The notes: a model not told the origin generated them from the sequence alone. 64,000 nucleotides of DNA from Candidatus Bathyarchaeia archaeon (GCA_050015395.1 JBEKBM010000001.1:32001-96000), one strand, 5' to 3'. Numbered from the stretch's first letter, positions 18,369 through 29,443 are shown. Program-made: numbers and translations.

Positions 18369-19112
18369 TTATTTGCTTATTGAAATAATTTCGGTAAGAT
18401 TTTCGCTGATTGACTGGAGATCTTTTGCAATGAAGTCTGGTTTTTGCTGACTATCAAACAGGTCTTTTAAAGTGTTAAATTGTGAGGGGACAAATACTGT
18501 TTTTAGGCCTGCTTGTTTAGCGCCTTTAATGTCTTCGATTGGGCTGTCGCCAATGTAAACTGCTTGGTTCGCTTGGATTTGCAACCTTTTTAGGGCGTCT
18601 TGGAATATGTGGCTGCTTGGTTTCCGCCAGCCGTTTTCTTCTGAAACCACAACTACGTTAAAGAACGTGTTTATTCCTGTTTTTCTTAGGCTTGAGTAGA
18701 TGACTGGTGCATGGGTGAAGTTTGAGATTAAAGCTACTTTACATTGTTCTGCGGCTTGTTTGATTAGTTTTTTTGCGCCTGCCCGTAGCTCAAGCGTGTC
18801 TATGTAGTCTTTGAAGAAAACGTTCAAAGCAGCTTTAATTCGGTAATCACCCGCCGTCACCTTAAAACCGAGGTTGCAGAGTGCTTCTGCCACCCAAACA
18901 GCGTTCGTCACTTCTCTTAGCTGTTCATAGCGTATCTTGCGGTATTTCTCGTGCGCCAAAATGTAAGCTTCCAAAAACCTGTCTTTGGCAACATCAAAGC
19001 CTTCATTTACCAGTGCTGTGTACAGTTTTTCTCTTGAGGCTTCCATCATGTAGTTTTTGCAGTTGACCAGTGTGCCAACGTAATCAAACATTATTGCTTT
19101 AACGCATGCCAT
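18369..19112 (-). CDS. HAD-superfamily hydrolase
   Basis: FDYVGTL, ISN, KP, IGDSPIEDIKGA. Confidence 0.9.
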   Translation of the reverse strand: MACVKAIMFDYVGTLVNCKNYMMEASREKLYTALVNEGFDVAKDRFLEAYILAHEKYRKIRYEQLREVTNAVWVAEALCNLGFKVTAGDYRIKAALNVFFKDYIDTLELRAGAKKLIKQAAEQCKVALISNFTHAPVIYSSLRKTGINTFFNVVVVSEENGWRKPSSHIFQDALKRLQIQANQAVYIGDSPIEDIKGAKQAGLKTVFVPSQFNTLKDLFDSQQKPDFIAKDLQSISENLTEIISISK

Positions 19113-19114
19113 TT

Positions 19115-19861
19115 TTAGGGTTCTCTCTTTTTCGCTAAGATGTTGTTGTCGGCTACTTGTTGGATTTTTTTGCCAACAGCGGTGTTAAGCAACTTCTCTA
19201 CGTTACCGATAGCGGCTTCAACCTGTAGGTCAAAGGGAATTTCTCCCAGAAACTTTAACCCTAACTTTCCTGTTTCCTCTGCGATGCCTTTTGCCTTTTC
19301 CATTTTCATGTTTTCGATGACGCCGATAATTGGCATTTTTAACTCGCATAGAAGAATTACTTGTTTTTTTACGGTTTCAAAAGCCAAAAGTGAAGGCGTT
19401 GTAACGATTAGAAATTCTATTCGTTTAATCAGCCTTACCAAATCAAGAACTGCGTCGCCGATGCCTGGCGGCATGTCAATTACTAGAAAATCAAGCGTCC
19501 CCCACTGCGTAACTGATAAAAGCTCAATCAAAGCGTTTGAAACGTCCGCTCCGCGCAGTGGCGCTGGGTTGTCGCCGACAAAGTAAACAAGCGACATGTA
19601 TTCTAAGCCGTGAACTATTGGCGGAATTAAGCCTTTTTCCTCTTTCGGCTGAGTGTTTTGGGCGCCGAGGATTATGTGGGTTGATGGGCTGGTGAAGTCT
19701 AAGTCGAATAAACCGACTTTGCAACCATTATGCGCAAGGGTTAATGCGAGCGTGGTTGCAACCATGCTTTTTCCAACCCCGCCTTTGCCGCTTGAAACGG
19801 CGATAATTCTGCTTATTCGCTTTAAACGCTCGTTAATTATGCTTGTTCTGGGGTCAACCAC
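19115..19861 (-). CDS. Mrp/NBP35 Fe-S cluster carrier ATPase
   Basis: SGKGGVGKS, DMPPG, GVIENM. Confidence 0.92.
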   Translation of the reverse strand: MVDPRTSIINERLKRISRIIAVSSGKGGVGKSMVATTLALTLAHNGCKVGLFDLDFTSPSTHIILGAQNTQPKEEKGLIPPIVHGLEYMSLVYFVGDNPAPLRGADVSNALIELLSVTQWGTLDFLVIDMPPGIGDAVLDLVRLIKRIEFLIVTTPSLLAFETVKKQVILLCELKMPIIGVIENMKMEKAKGIAEETGKLGLKFLGEIPFDLQVEAAIGNVEKLLNTAVGKKIQQVADNNILAKKREP

Positions 19862-19863
19862 GA

Positions 19864-20262
19864 TTATCTGGCTCCTTTTATGTTCTCAAGCCAAACCCCA
19901 CGCCCACTGACGATTTCAAAGTCAGGACTGCCACATTTAGGGCACTTAATATAAGTGTGCGCTACCTCAGGAACAAAATGGATAGCTTCAGCAGTGTTTT
20001 TATCAATTTTTTTAATATTAAACTGCCAAGAGGTTCCACAAACCCTGCACTTAAGCGTTGACTTAGCTTTCAAAATGTGAAATTTAGCGTTCTTAAAAAT
20101 TTCTGTTTTCATTTGCGAGAGGGCAAAGCGCAGAATATCAGGCTCAACTTGCTGAAGCTCCCCCACCTTGATGGTGACTTCCGTAATTTCCTTCAACTTT
20201 TCCTTCTCAGCAATCTCCTTCGCCGACGCGAGGATTGCTTCAGCTAAAGCCCATTCATGCAT
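19864..20262 (-). CDS. hypA: Hydrogenase nickel incorporation protein HypA
   Basis: MHEW, VGELQ, CRVC...CPKC. Confidence 0.95.
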   Translation of the reverse strand: MHEWALAEAILASAKEIAEKEKLKEITEVTIKVGELQQVEPDILRFALSQMKTEIFKNAKFHILKAKSTLKCRVCGTSWQFNIKKIDKNTAEAIHFVPEVAHTYIKCPKCGSPDFEIVSGRGVWLENIKGAR

Positions 20263-20387
20263 AAACTAACCTAACTTTATGCAACTTTAAAAGAATATGG
20301 TAATAAATCTCGGTTTTAAAGAGAAAATCGCGTGTTCTATTTATATTTGCTACCGTAAGCTTTTCAAAATTAAGACACCGAACACAG

Positions 20388-20482
20388 GCAAAAATGTATC
20401 TACAAAACGTATTGACGTTTACCCTCCCGGTAGGTACCTGTGCGCACACACATTAAAGCTAACCCACTTGCGAATCTACTGA
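20388..20482 (-). repeat. Dispersed non-coding repeat B, copy 1
   Basis: Reverse complement TCAGTAGATTCGCAAGTGGGTTAG...CCTACC...ATACGTTTTG..GATACATTTT matches 29764-29849. Confidence 0.7.
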
Positions 20483-20545
20483 GGTAACGGCTAGCTTTAA
20501 ATCAGCTTTATTGCTTATTTTTAGCTATCCTTTGCGTAGAAACTG

Positions 20546-21109
20546 GTGATTTATATGGAAAAACAAATCAAAATTCTCGCCTTCGCTGGAAGCCTAAGAA
20601 AAGGCTCATACAACAAAGCCTTAGTCCGTGCGGCTGTGGAGCTTGCACCTGAAAATGTAGCAATGGAAGTTTTCGATTTAGAAGGGATTCCACCCTACAA
20701 TCAAGACCTTGAAAATACCCTACCAGAAAAGGTAACTGAGTTCAAAGAAAAAATCAGAACTGCAGACGCGCTTTTGATTGCCACTCCAGAATATAACTAT
20801 TCAATTCCAGGAGTTTTAAAGAACGCGATTGATTGGGCTTCGAGGCCTAAACAAGGAAATCCGTTTGAAGGCAAACCCGTCGCAATCATGAGCGCATCAA
20901 TCGGAAAGCTTGGCGGAGCCAGAGCACAATACCACCTACGCCAATCTTTTGTTTTTCTTAACATGCACCCAGTTAACCAGCCTGAAGTCATGCTGGCCTC
21001 TGCCGCTGAAAACGTGGATGCCAATGGAAGGTTAACTAACGAACAAACACGAACGCTCATCAGGCAACTCCTTGAAGCGCTGGTAACATGGACTAATAGA
21101 CTAAAATGA
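20546..21109 (+). CDS. NAD(P)H-dependent FMN reductase (ChrR/SsuE family)
   Basis: GSLRKGSYN, TPEYNYSIPGVLKNAIDW, GGARAQYHLRQ. Confidence 0.93.
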   Translation: MIYMEKQIKILAFAGSLRKGSYNKALVRAAVELAPENVAMEVFDLEGIPPYNQDLENTLPEKVTEFKEKIRTADALLIATPEYNYSIPGVLKNAIDWASRPKQGNPFEGKPVAIMSASIGKLGGARAQYHLRQSFVFLNMHPVNQPEVMLASAAENVDANGRLTNEQTRTLIRQLLEALVTWTNRLK

Positions 21110-21138
21110 AGCCATAGTAAAATTTGATTAACGGTATG

Positions 21139-21359
21139 TATTTAGCTCTTGGCTTTTGTCTTTAGGGTATTTGTGTGTGCGCAACAGCCTACCCCCGGTC
21201 TACTAGATGCACCTAATATGCCCCAAATATGATTCAACATAGTTCAACATAGAGCGAAGACCGCGCACTTTGCATGCAGAACGGTGCTTTTCAACATAGA
21301 AAAGTCTGTTTTTTAATGTAGAAAAAAAGCACTAAAAAAGAAAAAACAAGAGCTAAATA
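21139..21359. mobile_element. MITE-like element: repeat A copy 2 bounded by 13-bp perfect inverted repeats
   Basis: TATTTAGCTCTTG (21139-21151) / CAAGAGCTAAATA (21347-21359); no TSD seen. Confidence 0.55.
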
Positions 21360-21448
21360 AACGCTATATGCGAATTTAATGTTTTTAGCGCTGATTTTGC
21401 GAAGCCTTAAAATGGTTAGAGACCACGTTAGGGATTAGGCGCTAAGCT

Positions 21449-22741
21449 TTGAAAGTCATAGCTGACCTGCACATTCATGGCCGTTACAGTCGGGCAACAA
21501 GCGAGCAAATGAGCATTCCCGAAATCGCTCGCTACTCAAAAATTAAAGGGTTAAACCTTGTAGGAACAGGCGACTTTACGCATCCGCAGTGGCTCAAAGA
21601 AATCAATGAAACCCTAACGCCCGAAGCGGATACAGGCCTCTTCAAGTTAACCAAGAATGTGGATTCTCCGGTTCGTTTTATGCTTACAACCGAAGTGTGC
21701 ACTATCTTCGATTATAAGGGCGAATCCAAGAAAGTACACCACGTCATTCTAACTCCGAGCAAGGAGACAGCTGTCCAAATTAATGAGGCGCTTAAACACT
21801 TTGGCGATTTAGCCTCAGACGGCAGACCGATCCTAAACATGACCGCTCCACAGCTCGTTGAACAAGTAATGGCTGTCTCAAGCGAAAACATGATTTTCCC
21901 AGCACACGCTTGGACACCATGGTTTAGCATTTTCGGCGCCTTCAGCGGCTTCGACACCATCGAAGATTGCTATCAGGATATGACAAAACATATTCACGCC
22001 TTGGAAACGGGTTTAAGCAGCGACCCACCTATGAACTGGCGCCTCAGCAACCTGGACAAGTTCGCTTTGGTTTCGAATAGCGACTGCCACAGTTTTTGGC
22101 CATGGCGCATCGGCAGGGAAGCCAACGTTTTTGAGCTAGAAAAATTCAGCTACCAGCAAGTTACAGGTGCCATAATAAGCAATGACCCTGCACAGTTCAA
22201 GTTTACCATTGAGGTTGACCCTGCTTACGGGAAATATCATTGGACTGGCCACCGAAACTGCAAAGTGTCCTTATCCCCGCAAGAAGCCATGAAATTCAAC
22301 AATGTTTGCCCAGTTTGCCGCAGAAGACTAACCAAAGGCGTAGAGCAACGCGTTGAAGAACTTGCAGACAGACCCATAAACTTCAAACGTGAAGGTGCAC
22401 CGGGGTTTTTGCGGTTGCTTCCACTCTCCGAAATAATCGCGGCAGTGCTGGGCACTGATTCGCCTTCGACACAGGCGGTTTGGAAAAACTATAATTTGCT
22501 TGTTGAGAAATTTGGGGATGAGTACTCTGTGCTGATTGACACGCCAATGGAAGCTCTGGTTAAAGTGGTGGATGCGCCGATTGCCGAAGCCGTCGTTAAA
22601 GTTAGAAATGGCACAGCTAAGGTTACACCAGGATACGATGGAGTTTACGGGCAGCTTGTTTTAGGCGTTGATGCTCCAGCAGTTAAACCTAAGATCGCAC
22701 ATGGAACCGTTAAGCAGTTAAATATTGCCGATTTCTGGTAA
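21449..22741 (+). CDS. Endonuclease Q family (PHP domain + Zn finger)
   Basis: DLHIHGRYSRATS, GTGDFTHP, PAHAWTPW, SNSDCHS, GKYHWTGH, CPVC. Confidence 0.92.
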   Translation: MKVIADLHIHGRYSRATSEQMSIPEIARYSKIKGLNLVGTGDFTHPQWLKEINETLTPEADTGLFKLTKNVDSPVRFMLTTEVCTIFDYKGESKKVHHVILTPSKETAVQINEALKHFGDLASDGRPILNMTAPQLVEQVMAVSSENMIFPAHAWTPWFSIFGAFSGFDTIEDCYQDMTKHIHALETGLSSDPPMNWRLSNLDKFALVSNSDCHSFWPWRIGREANVFELEKFSYQQVTGAIISNDPAQFKFTIEVDPAYGKYHWTGHRNCKVSLSPQEAMKFNNVCPVCRRRLTKGVEQRVEELADRPINFKREGAPGFLRLLPLSEIIAAVLGTDSPSTQAVWKNYNLLVEKFGDEYSVLIDTPMEALVKVVDAPIAEAVVKVRNGTAKVTPGYDGVYGQLVLGVDAPAVKPKIAHGTVKQLNIADFW

Positions 22742-22848
22742 TGGAAAATTCCAAGTAAGCGTTATCCAGCCATTACGAAAACGAAATGATTTAATTCCCT
22801 CAAATAATTCTAGTTAAAACGTTTAGCTATACAAAGGATAGATTACTC

Positions 22849-24234
22849 TTGAAAGACCTTCTAACCAAAATCAACAACACAGCCACCCAAAAATATGGAG
22901 CCCAGTACGCTGAAGCCCGAGCACAAAAACTGTTCAAAACAATGCTCACCCTCAAAGAGGAGCGCGTTGAAGCAGCGAAACAGGGCATTGAAAATGGCGT
23001 TGCCTTGCGTGTGCTTGTGAATGGCGCGTGGGGCTTCGCTTCTGTCGGCTCATTTGACGGCGAAATTTTGGAGAGCGCTGTTTCTGATGCTTGTAGGATG
23101 GCTAAAATGGCTAGTTCACGGTTGAAAACGCCGATTAAGCTTGCCGAAGCTAAAGTGGTTAATGACCGCGTCGAGGCAAAACCGAAAAAGAACCCGGCAG
23201 ATATTTTGATGGAGGATAAAATTAAAACTGCTTTGGCTGTAAACAAGGCAAGTTTGGGCTTTGATAAGCGAGTGAAAAGTTGCACTATAGATTACTTTGA
23301 TTTGACAGGAACTAGCTATTTTGTGAACAGCGATGGCACAAGCATAGAGCAGGATAAAATGTATGTTTGGGCAAGAATAACTGCTTCAGCCTTAAACGAG
23401 GGTGTTTTCACTTTTAGTCGTGAAGAAATAGGCTCTACAGCAGGCTACGAAGTATTCGACGAGCAAGCTCCCGACGAGTTGGGCGGAAAAGTTGCGAAAC
23501 GCGCGATTGAACAGTTAAGTGCTAAATCGCTTAAAGGCGGAACATTCCCAGTTGTTTTAGGTCCAAACGTTGTGGGCGTTTTTGTTCATGAAGCGTTTGG
23601 GCATTTAGCTGAAGCTGACTTGGCTCTTTCGGGCGGTGTTTTAGCAAGTAACATGGACAAAAAAATCGGTTCAGACTTGGTAACGTTTTATGATGATGGC
23701 ACAATCGAGGGAGCTTTTGGCGCTTTCAAGTATGACGATGAAGGAGTTCCAACCCAGAAAACGCTTCTCATAAAAGACGGAGTAGTCGCTGGTTTGATGC
23801 ATAACCGGGAAACAGCGCAAAAATTCAATGCTGAACCGACGGGTAATGCGAGGGCTGAAGATTTCCGTGTGGAACCAATCATCCGTATGCGTTGCACTTA
23901 CATGGCGCCAAGAGACCGTTCTTTTGAAGAATTAATCGAAAAAGTAAAGCAAGGATACTACTTTAAGAGTTTTAGGGGTGGGCAAGCTAACCTTGACGGC
24001 ACCTTCCAAGTTGGCATCCAAGAAGGCTACGAAATAGTCAACGGAGAAATAGGTGCACCAGTACGCGATGCGTCAATAAGCGGCAATACGCTTGAAACCT
24101 TGCATAAGATTGATGCTGTGGGAAAAGATTTCATGTTAGACCCGGGAAGGTGCGGGAAAGGCCAAACAGCCTTCATTTGCGATGGTGGACCGCACATTAG
24201 AGTTAAAGAGGTGGTTGTTGGTGGCAGTGCTTAA
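22849..24234 (+). CDS. tldD: TldD-family metalloprotease
   Basis: [21 protein letters not shown]. Confidence 0.92.
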   Translation: MKDLLTKINNTATQKYGAQYAEARAQKLFKTMLTLKEERVEAAKQGIENGVALRVLVNGAWGFASVGSFDGEILESAVSDACRMAKMASSRLKTPIKLAEAKVVNDRVEAKPKKNPADILMEDKIKTALAVNKASLGFDKRVKSCTIDYFDLTGTSYFVNSDGTSIEQDKMYVWARITASALNEGVFTFSREEIGSTAGYEVFDEQAPDELGGKVAKRAIEQLSAKSLKGGTFPVVLGPNVVGVFVHEAFGHLAEADLALSGGVLASNMDKKIGSDLVTFYDDGTIEGAFGAFKYDDEGVPTQKTLLIKDGVVAGLMHNRETAQKFNAEPTGNARAEDFRVEPIIRMRCTYMAPRDRSFEELIEKVKQGYYFKSFRGGQANLDGTFQVGIQEGYEIVNGEIGAPVRDASISGNTLETLHKIDAVGKDFMLDPGRCGKGQTAFICDGGPHIRVKEVVVGGSA

Positions 24235-25585
24235 AAAAGATACAATGGTAAGTTTAGCGGAAAACGCGGTAAATGAAGCCTTGAAAAGTGGAGCCTCTGA
24301 AGCTGAAGCGTACGTTTACGAGGGGCAAGCAACAAACATCGGCATTGAACTGGGACAAATCAGCAAAACCAACAGGATAATTGACCGAGGCGTAGGCATC
24401 CGCGTGGCCACAAACAAAGCAGTAGGTTTTGCTTACACAAACATCATTGATGACCAAAAAGCAGTTGAAAGCGTGATTCTTAGGGCTTTAAATGCTGCAA
24501 AAGCAAGCAAACCTGACGCAGACTGGAAGGGACTTCCGCAAAAGAAACCTTACGCTTCATTGGAAAAAACTTTTGATGATAAAGTTGTTGAGCTTGGGTC
24601 AGAGGAGCTAGTTAATCTAGCTTCAACCATGTTGGACTCTGCTGGGCAAGTTGATAAACGCGTTTTCCCGATTGAGGGTGGAATAGGCAGCGCTTACATC
24701 TCTAACGCCATCGCTAACTCGAACGGAATCTCAGGTTTTGATAAGGGAACGGTAATTGAATGCAGTTTAGCGACGTTGGCTAAGGAAGGCAGTGCAGTCA
24801 CGCCGGTTTGTTTTGAATTTAACGCTTCAAGAAACTATGATATTGATCCAGTTTGGGTTGGAAAAGAAGCAGCGAAACTGGCGGTTTCAGCGTTAAAAAC
24901 TAAGTCAGTTGAAACCAAATCCACTAAGCTTATAATGACGCAGTTTGCATTGCAGGACCTCTTCGCTTACACGCTAGTTAACGCGGTTAGAGCCGATAGT
25001 GTCCAGAGAAATCAATCTCCGTTTAAAGGAAAAATCGGAGAAAAAGTCGCTTCGGAAAACCTTACAATTTACGACGACGGCTTATTCCCCGGCGGTCTCC
25101 GCACGATGGCTTTTGACGGCGAAGGAGTGCCTCATCAGAAGACAGCGGTCATAGAAAAAGGCGTTTTGCAAAATTTCCTGTATGATAACTATTCGGCAAA
25201 AAAAGATGGAAAAGAGAGCAGTGGGAACGCTGCCAGAGCAGGTTACCTGTCAACACCCAGTATCGACACCACAAACTTCCACGTTATGCCAGGAAACAAA
25301 ACATCCGACGAAATGCTAAGCGAAGTGGATGACGGCTTAATAATCTATTACCTACAAGGCGCTCACAGCAGCAATCCTGTCAGCGGCGAATTCTCAGTCG
25401 TTGCAACCCCAGCTTGGAAAATAAGGAAAGGCGAAATAGTCCACTGCAGCCGAGGCGTAATGTTGGCAGGCAACATTTTTGAGGTGCTGAAAAACGTGAG
25501 TTTGGTCGGTAGTAATGAGCGGCAGATGGGCCAGTTGATTTCTCCGTGGATTCAAGTTGAAAATGTGCGAGTGATTGGAAAATAG
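24228..25585 (+). CDS. pmbA: PmbA/TldE-family protein (start uncertain: GTG 24228 or ATG 24245)
   Basis: [13 protein letters not shown]; lacks HExxxH; coupled to tldD. Confidence 0.88.
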
Positions 25586-25647
25586 CGTTGATGTCAAGTT
25601 TTTTGATTGCATAGTGAAAGAGAGGTACAGCCTTGCTTATAGGGCAA

Positions 25648-26853
25648 TTAAGCCCAAAAACTCTTTGAATACTCACCTAAAACGCCCTCGTATATAAGCT
25701 TGGTTTGCTGAGCGATTTTTTCCCAATTGTATTTTTCTAGGACTCTCTTGTAGGCGTTTTCTCTGATGCGTGTTCGGTAATTGTCATCAAGCAAAACCTT
25801 TGTTATTCCCCACGCTAAGGAATCAGGGTTATTTGGGTAAACTTTAACCCCTGTCACGTCATGCTCGATGATTTCGGATAAACCGCCAGTGTCAGATGCA
25901 ACCACTGGGCTTTTCGCTGCCATAGCTTCCAATGCGACGATTCCGAACGGTTCAAAAAGCGACGGCACAACGGACACGTCAGCGCATTTCTGAAGTTTAA
26001 GCAAAGTTTGTTCATCGAGAAAGCCTTCAAAAAGCACTTTATGCTCAAGTCCCATGCTGCGGACAATGTTTAACAGTTGCTCTTTCATGTAGCCGCTACC
26101 TACAATTATGAATTTAGCGTCAACTTTCTCCAAAATTTTGGGAGCAGCGTTAACTAATACGTGGATGCCTTTTTCATAAACTAAGCGTCCTACAAAGAGC
26201 ACTATTTTTTCTTCAGGCAAAGCAAACTTGCTTCGGAAATCCTTTAAATCGCCGTCAATATCGTTATAACAAAGCGTGTTTACGCCATTAGGAACCATAA
26301 CTAACTTATTGCTTGGAAGCCCGAAAGCCCATTTAACGTGTGAAATCATGTATTCACTGCAACAGATTACTCTCCAGGCTTCGTATGTGATCCATGCTTC
26401 AGTTTCATGAATCATTTTTTCAGTGCTAGTATGTAATCCATCTCTTCTACCTATTTCAGTTGAATGCATGGTTACTAAAAGGGGCTTTCGGAAAACATGT
26501 TTAAGTCCTATTCCGGCGTTTGCCACAAGCCAGTCATGAGCGTGAAAAACATCTATTTTGTCTCCGATTTTTCTTGTTAATGCAGCTGTTTCCTTTTGCA
26601 TGTTCAAGTTCATTAGGTAAACCCATGTGGCGAAATCCGGCGCTGGATTCTTGTAAGAGTCAATGCGGTAAACTTCTACGTCATCAATTACTTCATGTGA
26701 GGGTGCATCTGGAAAATCGCAGGTTACCACATAAACCTTTACACCTTGCTTTGCTAAACTTTTTGATAAAAAGTAAACGTGCGGTGAAATTCCTCCGATT
26801 ACTCTAGGCGGGAACTCCCAGCTGAGCATCATAACAGCTAAATCGTCTTTCAT
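25648..26853 (-). CDS. GT4 glycosyltransferase (glycogen synthase-like)
   Basis: WEFPP..IGG, HAHDW, HSTE, EPFGIVALEAM. Confidence 0.9.
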   Translation of the reverse strand: MKDDLAVMMLSWEFPPRVIGGISPHVYFLSKSLAKQGVKVYVVTCDFPDAPSHEVIDDVEVYRIDSYKNPAPDFATWVYLMNLNMQKETAALTRKIGDKIDVFHAHDWLVANAGIGLKHVFRKPLLVTMHSTEIGRRDGLHTSTEKMIHETEAWITYEAWRVICCSEYMISHVKWAFGLPSNKLVMVPNGVNTLCYNDIDGDLKDFRSKFALPEEKIVLFVGRLVYEKGIHVLVNAAPKILEKVDAKFIIVGSGYMKEQLLNIVRSMGLEHKVLFEGFLDEQTLLKLQKCADVSVVPSLFEPFGIVALEAMAAKSPVVASDTGGLSEIIEHDVTGVKVYPNNPDSLAWGITKVLLDDNYRTRIRENAYKRVLEKYNWEKIAQQTKLIYEGVLGEYSKSFWA

Positions 26854-27476
26854 TTACCCTTTAAGCCTCCAGCCACGTTATTGTATAGTTTGAGGATTTC
26901 TTTTATCCAAGAATTTGAGGTTGTGGAGATAACTACTATTTTTTCTTTGGGCACCTTGTAAATTCTAATGACCTCGTCACGCATCCACTCTGATTTAACG
27001 CTGATTTTTTCTGCCTCATAAAAACCCAGCCACTCGATACTTTTAATCGCCATGTTATACGGCGTATTCACAGCTTGAGACCGATGATCCTCCAAACTTT
27101 CAACAGAATAAACAAAAGGTATGCCAAGCCCATTTTTTAAAGTGACTGCTGCTGGAATAAAATGCCAGTCATAAACATCTAAGAGGTTTATTTGCTTGTT
27201 AGCTTGATAGTAAATGTTGGCTGCTGCTCTTTCAACTTCTTGGTTTAGCGTTAAAACCCACGTTAAAACTCCAATATGGGTTCGAACAGGGTTTGATACC
27301 CGAACGGTTTGTACTCCTGTCGGTTCTTGGGCTGAACCAGTTATAGAATCGTCATAAGTTACAACGTTGACTTCCACGTTATTAGCGGCGAGTTGAGTGG
27401 ATAAGGCTTTTACGTATTCTGAGAATTTGCCTACCACTCTTGGTGGATACTCCCATGAAAAAATAATGATTCGCAT
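26850..27476 (-). CDS. Stand-alone GT4 N-terminal domain protein
   Basis: SWEYPPRVVG, DW motif; no C-terminal nucleotide-sugar domain. Confidence 0.75.
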   Translation of the reverse strand: MRIIIFSWEYPPRVVGKFSEYVKALSTQLAANNVEVNVVTYDDSITGSAQEPTGVQTVRVSNPVRTHIGVLTWVLTLNQEVERAAANIYYQANKQINLLDVYDWHFIPAAVTLKNGLGIPFVYSVESLEDHRSQAVNTPYNMAIKSIEWLGFYEAEKISVKSEWMRDEVIRIYKVPKEKIVVISTTSNSWIKEILKLYNNVAGGLKGK

Positions 27477-27483
27477 GGTTCCA

Positions 27484-27747
27484 CTACGTGAAAAGCGAGC
27501 AGACCTTAATTATTCCTCTTCCAGTAAGATAGTACCATTTTTTTCCTTCATTATCAACGAAGCTTTCAGCGAAGCCTTCTGACTTGTACCTATCCAAAAT
27601 GCTCTCAATCTCGGTTGGGTCTTTCTGCATAAGACTAGCTACGTCGTCGCCTCTTCTTGCCAAATCAGCGGCTGTAGCGCATAAGTTATGCAGTGTTTGC
27701 AAAACTTTGTCTGGAAATGGAAGTTCTTCTCTCATTTTTAATAGCAC
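27484..27747 (-). CDS. Small winged-helix protein
   Basis: WYYLTGRG wing motif; coupled in operon. Confidence 0.6.
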   Translation of the reverse strand: MLLKMREELPFPDKVLQTLHNLCATAADLARRGDDVASLMQKDPTEIESILDRYKSEGFAESFVDNEGKKWYYLTGRGIIKVCSLFT

Positions 27748-27800
27748 CCTACCGTCAATAAATAAGACGGCATTTCTTATAAACGCATGCGACGATGGTT

Positions 27801-29348
27801 TTAGAAAAGCTGGGTTGCATCCTGCATTTGCTTAATTAGGGCAGTATAGCGTTTTTTTGCAAAATTAACTATTGTTTCTCTTAATTTTTCCCCGTTTTCT
27901 TTTGAATTCCTTATTTCTTTGAGTTTGGATGCTAATTTTTGGTCTCTAAGCGAGTTTTGTGCCCAGCTTTCAAAGTCTCCATTGCAAACGTGGAACTCTA
28001 TGGCTTTGGCGTTAACTTCTTTGAGTGCTTTAATGAATCCTTTCAAGCTCCAAGCCATGGTTCCCGTGTAATATTCCCTTCCAACGCCCGTGTAGAACAG
28101 GAAAGGTTCATTCGCCGTTAAAATCGCCATCCTAAGCCTAGCTTCAAAATCGTTTAGCAACGTTTGCGCTGCCACGAAAGCATCCATGGGCGATTCGAAT
28201 GGGCTGAAGTAAGAGTGTACTTCTCCTGGTCCACCGCCTGCAGTGAACATGTAGTATAAGTGGTCGCTTATTTGGAAGTCACGCCACAGTTTGAGAAATT
28301 CGCTGTCGTCTGCCTCTTTTATGAATGGCTCCAATCGCCGCAATGTAGTATAGTATGCCCATTGCATAACGTTGCCAAGCCACCCAGTTTGGTCCCTTTG
28401 GATATCTGCCCAGGAAACGGTGCCTCCTGCTTCCGGCACATCAATTTCGCCTGCTGACCTATGTCTATCTACCACTTCGGAAGGCGTAGCCATCTGCAAA
28501 TGCTCAAACTTCAATATCTCTTCGGGAAGGTGCTGAAGGAAGCTGTGGATGCCTGTTTCTGGCCAATGGTGTTCGCCGAAGGTTTCGTAATCAGGGAAAA
28601 CATTGATGCATTCACCTGGTGTGCCTGCTAACCAACCTGCATATTTATCCGCTGTTAGAGGCCATTCGGGCCACCACCTTGCTGAAAACCGAAAGCCGAT
28701 GTCGTCTGTTAGTTTATAGTTGCGGAGTAATACGCGAATTTTTTTAGCGCCTTTCGGAGTGTAAATGTAGTTTGGGGATTTTTCGCCAAGGATTTTCTCG
28801 ACGCCTTCAGTGTAGATGCCCTTGTAGCCTATGGATTCAACCGTTTTAGCTATGGTGTTGTTGTAGAGAAGTTCGGTGTTCTCAAAAATGTTCGGTGTAT
28901 AGCCTAGTAAGTCTTTTACGGTTTGCCTGTGCATTTTTGCCTGCTCAATGAACTCTTCTTTGTCAGGATAAAGGCTGGAAATTGAGTGATAGTAGGTTTG
29001 GTTTAAAAATTCCACGCGCCCAGTGGCGGCAAGTTGCTTGAAAGTTTCTAGGAGGTCTTGGTCAAACATTTCACATTGCTCAAGGAACACTCCTGAAATA
29101 CTGAATGAGACTTTAACCTGCTTGCGCTCATGCTTGTGCTTATCTATTGAGTCGAGCAGTATCTGGTTTGAAGGAAAATAGCATTTGCGCGCAGCACGCT
29201 TGAAAATTTCCCTGTCAACCTCATTATCAAAATAGTAATTGAACAGTTCTTCTTTCTTCAAGCGCCTGAAAACTTTGCCTTCCCAAAACAAGCTTCGCCT
29301 TAGCCTGTGCGGCTGATGAACCTCGAAAGTGAAAACAACATCCGTCAT
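27801..29348 (-). CDS. GH57 alpha-amylase-family glycoside hydrolase with C-terminal DUF5752-like domain
   Basis: FEVHQP, TYYHS, ENTEL, DYETFGEH, SWAD, SDHLYYM; start at MTDVVF. Confidence 0.92.
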   Translation of the reverse strand: MTDVVFTFEVHQPHRLRRSLFWEGKVFRRLKKEELFNYYFDNEVDREIFKRAARKCYFPSNQILLDSIDKHKHERKQVKVSFSISGVFLEQCEMFDQDLLETFKQLAATGRVEFLNQTYYHSISSLYPDKEEFIEQAKMHRQTVKDLLGYTPNIFENTELLYNNTIAKTVESIGYKGIYTEGVEKILGEKSPNYIYTPKGAKKIRVLLRNYKLTDDIGFRFSARWWPEWPLTADKYAGWLAGTPGECINVFPDYETFGEHHWPETGIHSFLQHLPEEILKFEHLQMATPSEVVDRHRSAGEIDVPEAGGTVSWADIQRDQTGWLGNVMQWAYYTTLRRLEPFIKEADDSEFLKLWRDFQISDHLYYMFTAGGGPGEVHSYFSPFESPMDAFVAAQTLLNDFEARLRMAILTANEPFLFYTGVGREYYTGTMAWSLKGFIKALKEVNAKAIEFHVCNGDFESWAQNSLRDQKLASKLKEIRNSKENGEKLRETIVNFAKKRYTALIKQMQDATQLF

Positions 29349-29443
29349 AACTCTTACCCTTAAGCACATAATATCATAAGGTACATTTATTTTTAATCTG
29401 CCATTTCTTTGACGGCGAAACGGTTGCATGCCCGGCGCCAGCA

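Noticed and set aside
19115-20262. hypA-mrp as evidence for a hydrogenase operon
   Set aside because: No hydrogenase structural genes in the window; hypA-mrp is a common archaeal pair
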